From Myxococcota bacterium (GTDB lineage: Bacteria > Myxococcota_A > UBA9160 > DASRUS01): DNA of 36,259 nt. The notes under the pieces are model-generated. The model ran no database searches. It was not told where the DNA came from and saw only the letters and a program-made list of their open reading frames with translations. The stretch spans positions 1 to 36,259 of the forward strand of contig DASRUS010000237.1 of assembly GCA_035687825.1 (NCBI GenBank). The letters run 5' to 3'. A program made the position numbers and the translations under genes. How positions within the stretch are numbered: the first letter of the stretch is position 1; each line of letters begins with the position of its first letter. Of the stretch, positions 10,010 to 18,041 are shown piece by piece.

Positions 10010-10434
10010 AGACGCCGCTCCTGCACGCGCATCAACCGGGCCTCCGCCTCGCGCTCGTGGTCGTAGCCGAGCAGGTGCAGCACGCCGTGGATCAGTAACC
10101 GCGCCACCTCGTCGTCGAAGCAGCGGCCCGCCCGGCGCGCCTGCCGCGCCGCGACCTCGACTCCGATCACGACGTCGCCGAGCAGTCCGCCGCGATGCTC
10201 GCGGCCCTCCCCTTCGAGGAGCGAGAAGGAGAGCACGTCGGTGGGCCCCGTGCGCCCGCGGAAGCGCGCGTTCAGCTCCGCCATCTCGGGGTCGGCGGCG
10301 AGCACCAGGGACAGCTCGGCCTCGCGCTCCCCGAGCTCGGCGAGCACGCGCCGCGCGCGCCGCACGAGCGAGCGCCGCTCGGGCAGCCTCACGCGCCGGC
10401 TGCGCGGGGGGGCCGAGACCCGGATGCGGCTCAT
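9988..10434 (-). CDS. ybeY: Endoribonuclease YbeY (rRNA maturation metalloprotease)
   Basis: This is the 148-aa tail of ORF 9988..13011, [10 protein letters not shown]...[12 protein letters not shown], with the H-x-x-x-H-x-x-x-x-x-H zinc motif. The ATG at 10434 overlaps the phoH stop (ATGA). Confidence 0.93.
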   Translation of the reverse strand: MSRIRVSAPPRSRRVRLPERRSLVRRARRVLAELGEREAELSLVLAADPEMAELNARFRGRTGPTDVLSFSLLEGEGREHRGGLLGDVVIGVEVAARQARRAGRCFDDEVARLLIHGVLHLLGYDHEREAEARLMRVQERRLWRSVAR

Positions 10435-11435
10435 CCCCCGGCGCGGGGCTCCGAGGTGGGGCGGCGGCGCTCCTCCTCGCGGTCGTAGGCGCGGATGATC
10501 GACTGGACCAGGGGATGGCGCACCACGTCGGCCTCGCTGAAGCGCATGAGGCCGATCCCCTCGGTGCCCTCCAGGATGCGCACCGCCTCCACGAGCCCGC
10601 TCGGCTTGTCCGGGGGCAGGTCGATCTGCGTCACGTCTCCGGTCACCACCGCCTTCGAACCGAAGCCGAGGCGCGTGAGGAACATCTTCATCTGCTCGTT
10701 CGTCGTGTTCTGCGCCTCGTCGAGGATCACGAAGGAGTCGTTCAGCGTGCGGCCGCGCATGAAGGCGAGCGGCGCCACCTCGATCACGCCGCGCTCCATG
10801 AGCCGCGCGGCCTTGTCGATGGTCATCATGTCGTGCAACGCGTCGTAGAGCGGGCGCAGGTACGGATCCACCTTCTCCGCCATCGTGCCCGGCAGGAAGC
10901 CGAGCTTCTCCCCGGCCTCCACCGCGGGCCGCGCCAGCAGGATGCGCGTCACCTCGTGGCGGTTCAACGCCGCCACGGCCACCGCCATGGCGAGGTAGGT
11001 CTTGCCGGTGCCCGCGGGACCCACCGTGAACACGAGGTCGCACTCCTGCATCAGCTCCACGTAGCGGCGCTGGTTCAGGTTCTTCGCCGCGATGCGGCGG
11101 CGGCTGCCCACCGAGGCGAGCACGTCTTCGTAGACGCCGGCGAGGTCGACGTCGGGCTGGCGCGTCAGCATGCGCACCGCCTCGCGGACGTCGCGCGCGC
11201 TCACCGAGTTCCCGGAACGCACTTGTGCGTAGAGCTCTTCGAGCACCTTGCGCGCCACGCCCACCTGGGCCTCGGGCCCCACCAGGCGTACCTCGTTGCC
11301 GCGAGCGTGGGCTTGGACGCCGAGCTCCTGCTCCAGGATGCGGAGGCTCCGCTCCCCTTCGCCGTAGAGCTCGGAGGCCGCGTGGTTGTCGTCGAAGACG
11401 AGAGTCTGGCGGGTCGCGGCTTCGTGGGCGGCCAG
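10431..11435 (-). CDS. ybeZ: PhoH-like ATPase (YbeZ family); 5' end placed at an in-frame CTG
   Basis: ORF 10431..11282 has Walker [23 protein letters not shown] and GDVTQIDLP. The same frame upstream of 11282 still encodes PhoH-like N-terminal sequence ([44 protein letters not shown]). No ATG, GTG or TTG lies between that sequence and the TAA at 11496. A CTG at 11435 is preceded by GGAG with a 6-nt spacer. Confidence 0.85.
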   Translation of the reverse strand: MAAHEAATRQTLVFDDNHAASELYGEGERSLRILEQELGVQAHARGNEVRLVGPEAQVGVARKVLEELYAQVRSGNSVSARDVREAVRMLTRQPDVDLAGVYEDVLASVGSRRRIAAKNLNQRRYVELMQECDLVFTVGPAGTGKTYLAMAVAVAALNRHEVTRILLARPAVEAGEKLGFLPGTMAEKVDPYLRPLYDALHDMMTIDKAARLMERGVIEVAPLAFMRGRTLNDSFVILDEAQNTTNEQMKMFLTRLGFGSKAVVTGDVTQIDLPPDKPSGLVEAVRILEGTEGIGLMRFSEADVVRHPLVQSIIRAYDREEERRRPTSEPRAGG

Positions 11436-11495
11436 TCGGTTCTCCTGCCCTTTCTCCCCGGTCGGATCCCCGGCCGGGGCTGCGCTTTCGTGCTG

Positions 11496-12611
11496 TTACG
11501 GCTCGGGCGCGAGGAGCAGGTAGCCGTCGCCGCGTTGCGCGTAATAGTAGGGACGCCCCTCCGGTCCGGTCAACGCGGAGGGCGCCACGAAGCCGCCCTC
11601 GACGAGCTCGAGGAGGCCCGCCGGGTAGCGGCCCGTGGCCCAGCGGTGCGCATCGATGGCGGCGCGCAGCCGGCGGGCGCCGAAGCTGAGGCGGGCCTCG
11701 CGCACCGGATCGCGGGAGACGGCGAGCTCCGAGGGGCCCGGCGTCGGCACCACGAGCGCGCGCGGCAGGAACGCCAGGGCGCCGAGGCAGAGCAGCGGGA
11801 TCGCGGTGCCGAGGCCGGCGCGCAGCCAGCCCGCGGCCCGCGGCGCCTTCGGCGCGCGCGGCCGGCGCTGCACCTTCTCCGGGGCGAGCGGCTCGATCAG
11901 ACCGAGGTCGCGCAGCTCCGCCAGGAGGCGGGTCGTTTCGAAGGTCCCGAGGCGCGAGAGGTCGACGATGCGGCGCGCCGGGAGCCGGCCGTCCACGAGG
12001 AGCCAGAGGCGCTCGGCGCGCTGCAGCCGCTCGGAGCCCTCCTCGAAGCGGTGGCGCTCCGCGTCGAAGCGCCCGGAGCGCTGGAAGACGACCTCCGGCG
12101 TGGGCACGCGGTCGGCGAAGGTCTGCCACTCGTCGAGCATGCGCAGGCCGTCCATCAGGACCTGCTCCGCACCGAGCCGGCGCGCGGGATCGCGGTCGTC
12201 GGCGACGGCGCGCGCGGAGAAGTGGAACGATCCCTCGCGCCAGCCCAGAACCTGGAAGATCGTCTCGCGCGTGAGGAGCTCCTCCACCTCGTCGAGCTGC
12301 CCGGCGGAGAGCTCGCTCGTGGCGACGAGGAGCCGTCGCAGCGCCTGGAGCGAGTGCTCGCGCTCGCGTTCGAGCTCGGCGAGCCGTTCGCGCGTGAGGA
12401 GGCCGGTCCGCACGAGGAGGTCGCCGAGCGCCGCGTCGGGGTGGGGGCCCACGGGCGCGGCCACCACGATCGCGCCGCTGTCGAAGTGGAGCTCCACGCG
12501 TTCGCCGGGGCCCGCGATCTCGAGCACGCCCGTCTTGCGCTGCTGGCCAATCAGCTGGAAGACCTCGCTGATGCCGAAATCGCGCAGGTTGCCGTGCAGG
12601 GCCACCGACAC
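11496..12611 (-). CDS. DUF4388 (PatA-N-like) domain protein with one predicted TM helix and a C-terminal extracytoplasmic region
   Basis: The 371-aa ORF has the N-terminal signature [27 protein letters not shown], a hydrophobic segment [16 protein letters not shown], and natural-looking composition. The GTG start lies 3 nt after the upstream stop. Confidence 0.7.
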   Translation of the reverse strand: MSVALHGNLRDFGISEVFQLIGQQRKTGVLEIAGPGERVELHFDSGAIVVAAPVGPHPDAALGDLLVRTGLLTRERLAELEREREHSLQALRRLLVATSELSAGQLDEVEELLTRETIFQVLGWREGSFHFSARAVADDRDPARRLGAEQVLMDGLRMLDEWQTFADRVPTPEVVFQRSGRFDAERHRFEEGSERLQRAERLWLLVDGRLPARRIVDLSRLGTFETTRLLAELRDLGLIEPLAPEKVQRRPRAPKAPRAAGWLRAGLGTAIPLLCLGALAFLPRALVVPTPGPSELAVSRDPVREARLSFGARRLRAAIDAHRWATGRYPAGLLELVEGGFVAPSALTGPEGRPYYYAQRGDGYLLLAPEP

Positions 12612-12614
12612 GCG

Positions 12615-14564
12615 TCAGTCCTCCGCGCCGCGGGGCAAGGCCGCGGCCAGGAGCGCCCCGTACACGCCGGCGAGCGACGCGGCGAGAGCGAGGAGCAGGA
12701 GCGCGCCGGCACCCCCCACGGCGAAGGGGTCGGGCAGGACCTCGAAGCACGCGGCGACGCTCGCCCCCGCGCCGCACACGAGAAGCGTCGCGACGAGGGC
12801 CAGCCCCGGCCGGCCCGAGAGCAGGCCCGCACTCCCGGGCACGACGAGCGCCAGGGCGAGATGCAGGCGCGCCTCGCGGCGTCCCCACGCGCGCAGCGCC
12901 GCGAGCCTCTCGAAGCGAAGCTGGGGGTCCGTGGTCTCGGGTCGGTGATGGAGCCGCGTGCACGCCTCGCACAGGCCGTGCGCTCCGCCCCGGCGGTCGC
13001 AGCGCGGGCACAGCCGGGCGCCGCAGCGGCCACAGGCGCGCGACGGCCGGAACAAGCCCGAGAGGGCGAGAGCCACCACCGCGAGGAGCCCGAGCGCGCC
13101 GACGCTGCGCAGCGGATCGCCGCCGAGGAGCCCGGGCGCGAGCGCTGCACGCACGGGCGCCAGCGTGCTCGCCTCGCTCGCGCGCTGGTGGAGACGCCGC
13201 CGCAGCGCCTCGGGCGGGACGGGCCGGTCCGCCACGAGCGGCCCCCGCGCGTCCTGGATCGCGATCAGGCGGTTCACGGCGGCGGCGTCGAGGTCCTGGG
13301 CCCGGGTCAGCGCCGCCTCGTGCTCCGAGAAGCGGATCGAGCGTGCGTAGGCCTGGGACAGGTTGAAGAGCAGGACGGGTGACTCCTCGATCTCCACCGC
13401 GCGCTCGTAGAGCTCGATGGCGGGCTCGAGCTCACCCACGAGCAGTCGCGCGTTGGCGGCGTTGCCGAGCAGGCGCGGATCCTTCGTCGCGACGGCGAGC
13501 GCGCGGAACGCGGCGTCCGCCTCCACGAGTCGCCCGTCGCGCTTCGCGCGCAGGGCGAGCGCCTCCGCGGCGAGGGGATCCGTGTCTGCGGCCCGCTCGA
13601 GGCGGACGAGGTCGAGGGGCGAGGGCACGTCGCGCTGCGCGGCGTCGAGCGCGGGCACGAGCGGATCGGCGCCGATCGCGGCGAAGGCGTGGCGCGCCCG
13701 GTCCTCGGCGGGGTGCAGAGCGGCGACCACGAGGAGCGCCGCCGCGACCGCCGCGGCACGCGCGACGGCGTCGCCGTAGAGGAAGACCACGCTGAAGAGC
13801 GCGAGCACGAAGCCGAAGGGACCCTCGCCGAGGATCGCGGGGAGCAGGAGGACCGTCGCCAGCAGCGCGCCGCGCGCGAAGCCCGGCGCGCTCGGGCCGG
13901 AGCCGCGGAGCGCGAAATCGCCGAGGTCGTGGGCGGCGCGCGTCACGACGAGGGAGGCGGCCACGAGGAGGTAGAGGGCGCCCCCGGCGAGCAGCGTCAC
14001 GACCGCGACCTGGAGCAGCATCGCCTCGATCCAGAGTCTTGCCTCGAGATGGCGGGGCAGCGCGGCCACCGCGCCGAGGGCCTCTGCGCCAGCGCCGAGG
14101 AGATCGCCTCGCGCGAGCAGCGCCGAGGCGAGGGCCGTGCGTGCGACCGGGAGATCGGGCGCGAGCTCCACCGCGGCGCGGGTGCGCTCGACGGCATCGC
14201 CGCTCTCGCGTCCGGCGAGGAGAGCGCGCGCGGCGGGCTCGAGGCTCGGGAGGCCGAGCTGCACCATCTGCTGCTTCGTTCGCGCGACCCGCTCGGCGAG
14301 GGGCGCCTCGCTCGCGTTCCAGGTGCGCTCGAGGAGATCCACGTAGGACGGGAGCCGGACGGGAGCGGGCGGATCGGCCTCTCCGACGGCGGGCAGGAGC
14401 GCGGCGTCGGCGGCAGCGGCGGCCTCTCCGCCCGGCGGGACGGACGACGGCTCCGCGGGGGTGGCGCTCGCCGGCGCCGCGGCCTCGACCGCCCGGGCTG
14501 CGGCGGCGACGGATGCGACCAGCCCTGCGATGAGGAGCGCTGCGGCGAGCCGTCCTCGAGACAA
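12615..14564 (-). CDS. Polytopic membrane protein with a signal peptide, TPR-like helical repeats and an internal Cys-rich zinc-ribbon; function unknown
   Basis: This is the C-terminal 649 codons of ORF 12615..15053. The TTG at 14564 follows GAGAGGGGGGGG and leads into [25 protein letters not shown]. An alternative GTG lies at 14612. Several hydrophobic helices are present, plus TPR-like [30 protein letters not shown] and [25 protein letters not shown]. The ORF part upstream of about 14612 overlaps rpsT and is junk. Confidence 0.6.
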   Translation of the reverse strand: MSRGRLAAALLIAGLVASVAAAARAVEAAAPASATPAEPSSVPPGGEAAAAADAALLPAVGEADPPAPVRLPSYVDLLERTWNASEAPLAERVARTKQQMVQLGLPSLEPAARALLAGRESGDAVERTRAAVELAPDLPVARTALASALLARGDLLGAGAEALGAVAALPRHLEARLWIEAMLLQVAVVTLLAGGALYLLVAASLVVTRAAHDLGDFALRGSGPSAPGFARGALLATVLLLPAILGEGPFGFVLALFSVVFLYGDAVARAAAVAAALLVVAALHPAEDRARHAFAAIGADPLVPALDAAQRDVPSPLDLVRLERAADTDPLAAEALALRAKRDGRLVEADAAFRALAVATKDPRLLGNAANARLLVGELEPAIELYERAVEIEESPVLLFNLSQAYARSIRFSEHEAALTRAQDLDAAAVNRLIAIQDARGPLVADRPVPPEALRRRLHQRASEASTLAPVRAALAPGLLGGDPLRSVGALGLLAVVALALSGLFRPSRACGRCGARLCPRCDRRGGAHGLCEACTRLHHRPETTDPQLRFERLAALRAWGRREARLHLALALVVPGSAGLLSGRPGLALVATLLVCGAGASVAACFEVLPDPFAVGGAGALLLLALAASLAGVYGALLAAALPRGAED

Positions 14565-14675
14565 AGCCCCCCCCTCTCGATGGATCCGAGGCGCTCTGCG
14601 TATCGACCGAACGGATGGCTTCGTGAAGCCCCGCGGGGCCTCTCCCGGGCGAGCGATCCGGACGCGCGCGGCCCA

Positions 14676-14704
14676 TCGACACGGGAAGGCCCGGTTCGTA
14701 TCCT
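14676..14704 (+). promoter_or_regulatory. Candidate sigma-70-type promoter for rpsT (TCGACA-17 nt-TATCCT)
   Basis: The -35 element TCGACA is at 14676..14681, followed by a 17-nt spacer and the -10 element TATCCT at 14699..14704. The SD GGGAGGG sits at 14717..14723 and the TTG start at 14730. This is pattern matching only. Confidence 0.3.
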
Positions 14705-14729
14705 CGGCCCCCGCTCGGGAGGGAATCTC

Positions 14730-15008
14730 TTGGCCACCCACAAGTCCGCGGAGAAGCGTGCGCGTCAGGCGGAGAAGCGCCGGGTCCGCAACCGCGCGGT
14801 GCGCAGCCACGTGAAGTCCCGCGTGGCGCGCGTCCGCAGCGCCCTCGCGGAGGGCAACGCCGCGGGCGCCACGCAGCAGCTCCGCGAAGCGGAGCGCGCG
14901 CTCCGCAAGGCCGCGAGCAAGGGCGTGATCCCGAAGCAGCGCGCCAGCCGCACCGTGGCCCGCCTCGCCCGCGCCGTGGCGCGCGGCGGAGCCACGACGG
15001 CGAAGTAA
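14730..15008 (+). CDS. rpsT: 30S ribosomal protein S20
   Basis: This is the tail of ORF 13689..15008, (L/M)ATHKSAEKRARQAEKRRVRNRAVRSHVKSRV...KGVIPKQRASRTVARLA, 92 aa. It starts at TTG with a GGGAGGG SD. It is the only credible plus-strand gene. Confidence 0.9.
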   Translation: MATHKSAEKRARQAEKRRVRNRAVRSHVKSRVARVRSALAEGNAAGATQQLREAERALRKAASKGVIPKQRASRTVARLARAVARGGATTAK

Positions 15009-15172
15009 CGCAGCTACGGGGCTCGGCGAAGCCGGGTCGGCATAGGCCGGCAAGGCCGTGCTGGTCGGAGGTGGGCCCGGCCACTGAGGTCTTCCCGAGA
15101 CCGCATCCCCTCACCCGCACGTCGGAGCCTCGAGCGCGGCCGCGCAGCGAGGCGCAGCCGAGCGGAGTGAAA

Positions 15173-16156
15173 CTAACTGGAGAGTCCCAGCACGAGGCGC
15201 TCGAGCGTGAGCTCCGCTGGGAGCGCGCCCCGGCCCTTCAAGCGCTCGTCCGCTTCGTGCAGCGCGCGCAGGCACGCGGTGAAACGCGCGGGACCGTAGC
15301 GGCGCGCCTGGCTCTGGAGCTTGCGCTGCACGAAGGGCGGCGCCTGGACGCGGCCCCCGCCGCCCACGCGCACGAGGCGGCGGAAGTGGCTCGCCAGGGA
15401 GCCGAGCACGACCATGGGCGGCGCTCCCGCGCCGAGGAGCTTGTGCAGCACGGCGAGCGCGTCGGCGCTGCGTCCCTCGCCGATGGCGTCGGTGAGATCC
15501 CAGATCGGCTCCTCGGCGACGTCGCTCGCGAGCGCCGCGACGTGCGCGCGCGTCACCGGCTCGTCCGGCCCGGCAAACAGGGCGGCCTTGGCGAGCTCCT
15601 GACGGAGCCACAGGAGCTGCGGACCCACGCGCTCCGCGAGGAGCTCCGCGGCACCGGGCGCGAGCGTGATCCCCTGGCGCTTCGCCTCCGCACGCACGAA
15701 GCCGACCAGATCCTGGGCCCGCGTGGGCGCCTCGCACTCGACCCGCGCCGCGGGCTCGCGAAAGGCCTTCACCCACGCCGAGCGACCATCCGGCGACCCG
15801 GCACACACGACCAGCACCGTGGAGCCCACCCCGGGTCCCTCGCCGAGCTCGTGCACGAGCCCGGGCAGCGCCTCCACGAGCGCCGCGCTGGACTTGCGGG
15901 CCTCGGGCTCGCGCAGGATCACGAGGCGGCGCTCGGCCAGGACCGGGAGCGTGCGCACCGCGTCGAGCAGCTCCCCCGCGCTCGCCGTCTCGCCGTCGAG
16001 GCGGTCGCAGTTGAACTCGCGGGGAGCCCCGGAGAGCACCGCCTCCGTGAGCGCGGCGAGCGCGTCGTCGCGCACGAGCGCCTCGCCGCCCGCGAGGAGG
16101 TACGCGCCGCGGATCCGGCCGGCGCGAAGCTCTTCGCGCAGGTCGTCGAGGGTCAC
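15173..16156 (-). CDS. holA: DNA polymerase III delta subunit HolA
   Basis: The 327-aa tail of ORF 15173..16822 starts VTLDDLREELRAGRIRGAYLLAGGEALV. The delta-subunit-like layout and the conserved lptE-holA synteny support the call. The GTG at 16156 overlaps the lptE stop (GTGA). Confidence 0.8.
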   Translation of the reverse strand: MTLDDLREELRAGRIRGAYLLAGGEALVRDDALAALTEAVLSGAPREFNCDRLDGETASAGELLDAVRTLPVLAERRLVILREPEARKSSAALVEALPGLVHELGEGPGVGSTVLVVCAGSPDGRSAWVKAFREPAARVECEAPTRAQDLVGFVRAEAKRQGITLAPGAAELLAERVGPQLLWLRQELAKAALFAGPDEPVTRAHVAALASDVAEEPIWDLTDAIGEGRSADALAVLHKLLGAGAPPMVVLGSLASHFRRLVRVGGGGRVQAPPFVQRKLQSQARRYGPARFTACLRALHEADERLKGRGALPAELTLERLVLGLSS

Positions 16157-16671
16157 GGCGTGGCGGTCTCCACGAGCACGTCGTGCACGCGCACGGCCAG
16201 CGCCGCGGCGACGCGGCGCAGCGCCTCCTCGCGGTTCTTGCGCGTCACCTCGACGTCCGGGCTCGCCAGGTAGAGCTCGGACTCGGCGAGCGCGGTGGCG
16301 TCGAGGGGGATCTTCTCGCCGTCGGAACGCGCCACCTCGAGACGCAGGCGCAGCGTGACCTCGTACTCGATCGCGAAGTTCACCGACGAGAACGAGCGGC
16401 TCGACCACACCACGGGGAGAACCGCGCCGCCGATCACGAGGTCGGCGCCGCCCGGGTCTTCCACGATGCGGAGCGCGCCGCGCCGCAGGAACTCGCGGCG
16501 CAGGGCGTCGTTCATCACCGAGTCGATCCCGGGCTCGAAGGAGTCGTTGCGGAGCGCGCGGATCGCGACGCTCTGGTGGGCGCCGCCGGGCTCGGCCCCG
16601 TAGCGGACGAAGCGGTAGCCGCAGCCCGACACCGCGAGCGCGACCCATCCCATCACGAGCCAGCGACGCAC
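16153..16671 (-). CDS. lptE: LPS-assembly lipoprotein LptE-like
   Basis: The 172-aa ORF has the lipobox LAVSGC. Its size and its position immediately upstream of holA match the lptE-holA arrangement known from E. coli. Sequence-level similarity was not verifiable by eye. Confidence 0.65.
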   Translation of the reverse strand: MRRWLVMGWVALAVSGCGYRFVRYGAEPGGAHQSVAIRALRNDSFEPGIDSVMNDALRREFLRRGALRIVEDPGGADLVIGGAVLPVVWSSRSFSSVNFAIEYEVTLRLRLEVARSDGEKIPLDATALAESELYLASPDVEVTRKNREEALRRVAAALAVRVHDVLVETATP

Positions 16672-16719
16672 GGCCCTCTAGATAACACAGCCGCGGCGGA
16701 GCCGTCGCCCGCGCGCGGA

Positions 16720-16778
16720 GCCCCGCTCCTGCTCCCCGCCCGCTCCCCGGATCCGCTCCACCCCCTCGCGCACCCCCT
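16720..16778 (-). repeat. Intergenic 59-bp copy (57/59 identical) of an internal segment of the MCP gene; an mcp-derived relic
   Basis: gccccgctcctgctccccgcccgcTCcccggatccgctccaccccctcgcgcaccccct at 16720..16778 matches the same string with GG at 23588..23646. On the minus strand it would encode GVREGVERIRGAGGEQERG. Stops flank it, so it is not part of a gene. Confidence 0.9.
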
Positions 16779-16818
16779 TGCGCTCCGTTCGTCACCTCGC
16801 CCCCTCCCCGAGACGGGG

Positions 16819-17199
16819 TCATGACACGATCTTGAGCAGGCCCTTCGCCACCGCGAGGACGCGGTTCGCCTGGATCGGCTTGGTGAGGTACTCGTCGGCG
16901 CCGAGGGCGAGGGCGCGCTCGCGGTCCTCGGTGGCGCCCTCCGTCGTGATCACGACGATGGGCATCTCCTTGAGCGAGTCCTCGCTGCGGATCAGGCTGA
17001 TGAGCTTGAGCCCGTCCATCACGGGCATGTTGATGTCCACCAGGGCCAGGTCGAAGTGGTCGCTCGTCACCTTGCGCAGCCCGTCCATGCCGTCCGAGGC
17101 CTCGACGATCTCGGCGTCCTTGAGCCGCTTCAGCGCGAACACGAGGAGCTGGCGCATCGTCGGGCTGTCCTCGACGATCAAGATGCGGCGACGCGACAT
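16819..17199 (-). CDS. cheY: CheY-like single-domain response regulator, distal copy
   Basis: The 126-aa product is MSRRRILIVEDSPTMRQLL...LALVDINMPVMDG...VVITTEG...GADEYLTKP. All receiver signature residues are present. The SD GGAGGAGGG lies upstream of the ATG at 17199. Confidence 0.9.
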   Translation of the reverse strand: MSRRRILIVEDSPTMRQLLVFALKRLKDAEIVEASDGMDGLRKVTSDHFDLALVDINMPVMDGLKLISLIRSEDSLKEMPIVVITTEGATEDRERALALGADEYLTKPIQANRVLAVAKGLLKIVS

Positions 17200-17222
17200 C
17201 GCGGGTCCCTCCTCCGCCCCGT

Positions 17223-18041
17223 CTACTTGGTGAGCAGGTCGATGAAGCCCTGGATCGTGTTCAGCTTGCGCTCGGAGAGCGAGTGCAGCCGCGCCGCGAA
17301 GATCGCCGTGGCGGCGTGTCCCGCCAGCAGCGTGAAGAGCTCGTGGTCGAGGGGGGAGAAGCCTTCCTTCTGGGCGAGCAGGCGGTAGATCGCGATGGCG
17401 CCGAGCGGTCGCTCCTGCACGCGCAGCGGGATGCACACGATGGGCCTCGAGAGATCCTGCGACGCGTGCACCCGCTCGCAGACGGTCTTGCCCGACTCCA
17501 CGCAGGCGCCGAGCACGCCGCGACCCAGCCGGAAGCTCGGAAAGGCCGCGAGCGCCTCGCCCTCCGCGGCCACCGCCTCGAGCTGCTGCGTCTTCTCGTC
17601 GAGCACGTAGACGGCGAAGGTCTCGGCGCCGATCAGGTTGATCACGATCTCGAGGACGATCTTCAGCACCTCGGAGAGGTCGAGGGTCGAATGCAGCTGG
17701 TAGCTCGCGACGTACAGGTTCGCGAGGTTGTTGTTCTCGTCCTCCACCTCGAGGTAGCGCGACGCGAAGTGGCGGTTCTCCTCCTCGATCTGCCGCAGGC
17801 GGTCGAGCACGCTCTGCCGCTCCGCCTCGAGGTGATCGATGCGCCGCAGCATCTCCCCGCGGAGCTTCTGCCACTCGTGCGGATCGCGCGCCGCCTGGGT
17901 GTGGTCCTCCTCCAGCGAGAGGAGCTGGCGCCGCAGGCGCTCGTTCTCCTGGACGAGCTCTTTCGCGAACTCCGCACCGCGCCGAAAGATGGTGGCGAAC
18001 TCGTCCGCCCGTTCGAAGATCCCCCGGCGATCGTCGCTCAT
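17223..18041 (-). CDS. Coiled-coil plus GAF-domain protein
   Basis: The 272-aa product has a heptad-rich N-terminal region of about 110 aa (ENERLRRQLLSLEEDH...LEAERQSVLDRLRQIEEENRHF). A GAF-like fold follows (LDLSEVLKIVLEIVINLIGAETFAVYVLDE...IVCIPLRVQERPLGAIAIYRLL). The ATG at 18041 overlaps the cheB stop (ATGA). Confidence 0.7.
   Translation of the reverse strand: MSDDRRGIFERADEFATIFRRGAEFAKELVQENERLRRQLLSLEEDHTQAARDPHEWQKLRGEMLRRIDHLEAERQSVLDRLRQIEEENRHFASRYLEVEDENNNLANLYVASYQLHSTLDLSEVLKIVLEIVINLIGAETFAVYVLDEKTQQLEAVAAEGEALAAFPSFRLGRGVLGACVESGKTVCERVHASQDLSRPIVCIPLRVQERPLGAIAIYRLLAQKEGFSPLDHELFTLLAGHAATAIFAARLHSLSERKLNTIQGFIDLLTK

Noticed and set aside
9988-10434. The absence of corC/ybeX between ybeY and lnt, in contrast to the E. 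coli ybeZ-ybeY-ybeX-lnt order.
   Set aside because: Gene loss or relocation within a conserved neighbourhood is common. Nothing in the sequence suggests a remnant or a replacement.
11436-11498. Possible TAA readthrough fusing the DUF4388 protein to PhoH, since both are in the same reading frame.
   Set aside because: Sharing a frame has a one-in-three chance. A CTG with a well-spaced GGAG lies just upstream of the conserved PhoH sequence, which is a simpler explanation. I kept the CTG start as a finding instead.
14628-14639. A perfect 12-bp palindrome, gccccgcggggc, in the divergent rpsT / TPR-gene spacer, considered as an operator.
   Set aside because: It is short and purely G/C, so chance occurrence is plausible in this genome. 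No second half-site or other context supports it.
14565-15053. The N-terminal extension of ORF 12615..15053. Analogous upstream extensions occur on ORFs 5763..7541, 15173..16822, 16819..17874, 17223..18434, 18038..21148, 23273..26263, 29665..31863 and 32962..34473.
   Set aside because: The extensions are Arg/Pro/Gly-rich and overlap better-supported neighbouring genes, such as rpsT on the other strand. Internal starts with SD sequences or 4-nt stop/start overlaps give products of canonical length.
15009-15172. The convergent rpsT/holA spacer, scanned for terminators or a small RNA or tRNA.
   Set aside because: It holds only short 5-bp stems (gccgg...ccggc, ggtct...agacc) without U-tracts. 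There is no cloverleaf or other recognisable RNA signature.
16672-16818. A small ORF on the minus strand covering the MCP-derived repeat (GTG..VREGVERIRGAGGEQERGSARGRRLRRGCVI).
   Set aside because: It has no SD, and its composition outside the repeat is junk. It is better explained as a non-coding relic and is reported as a repeat.
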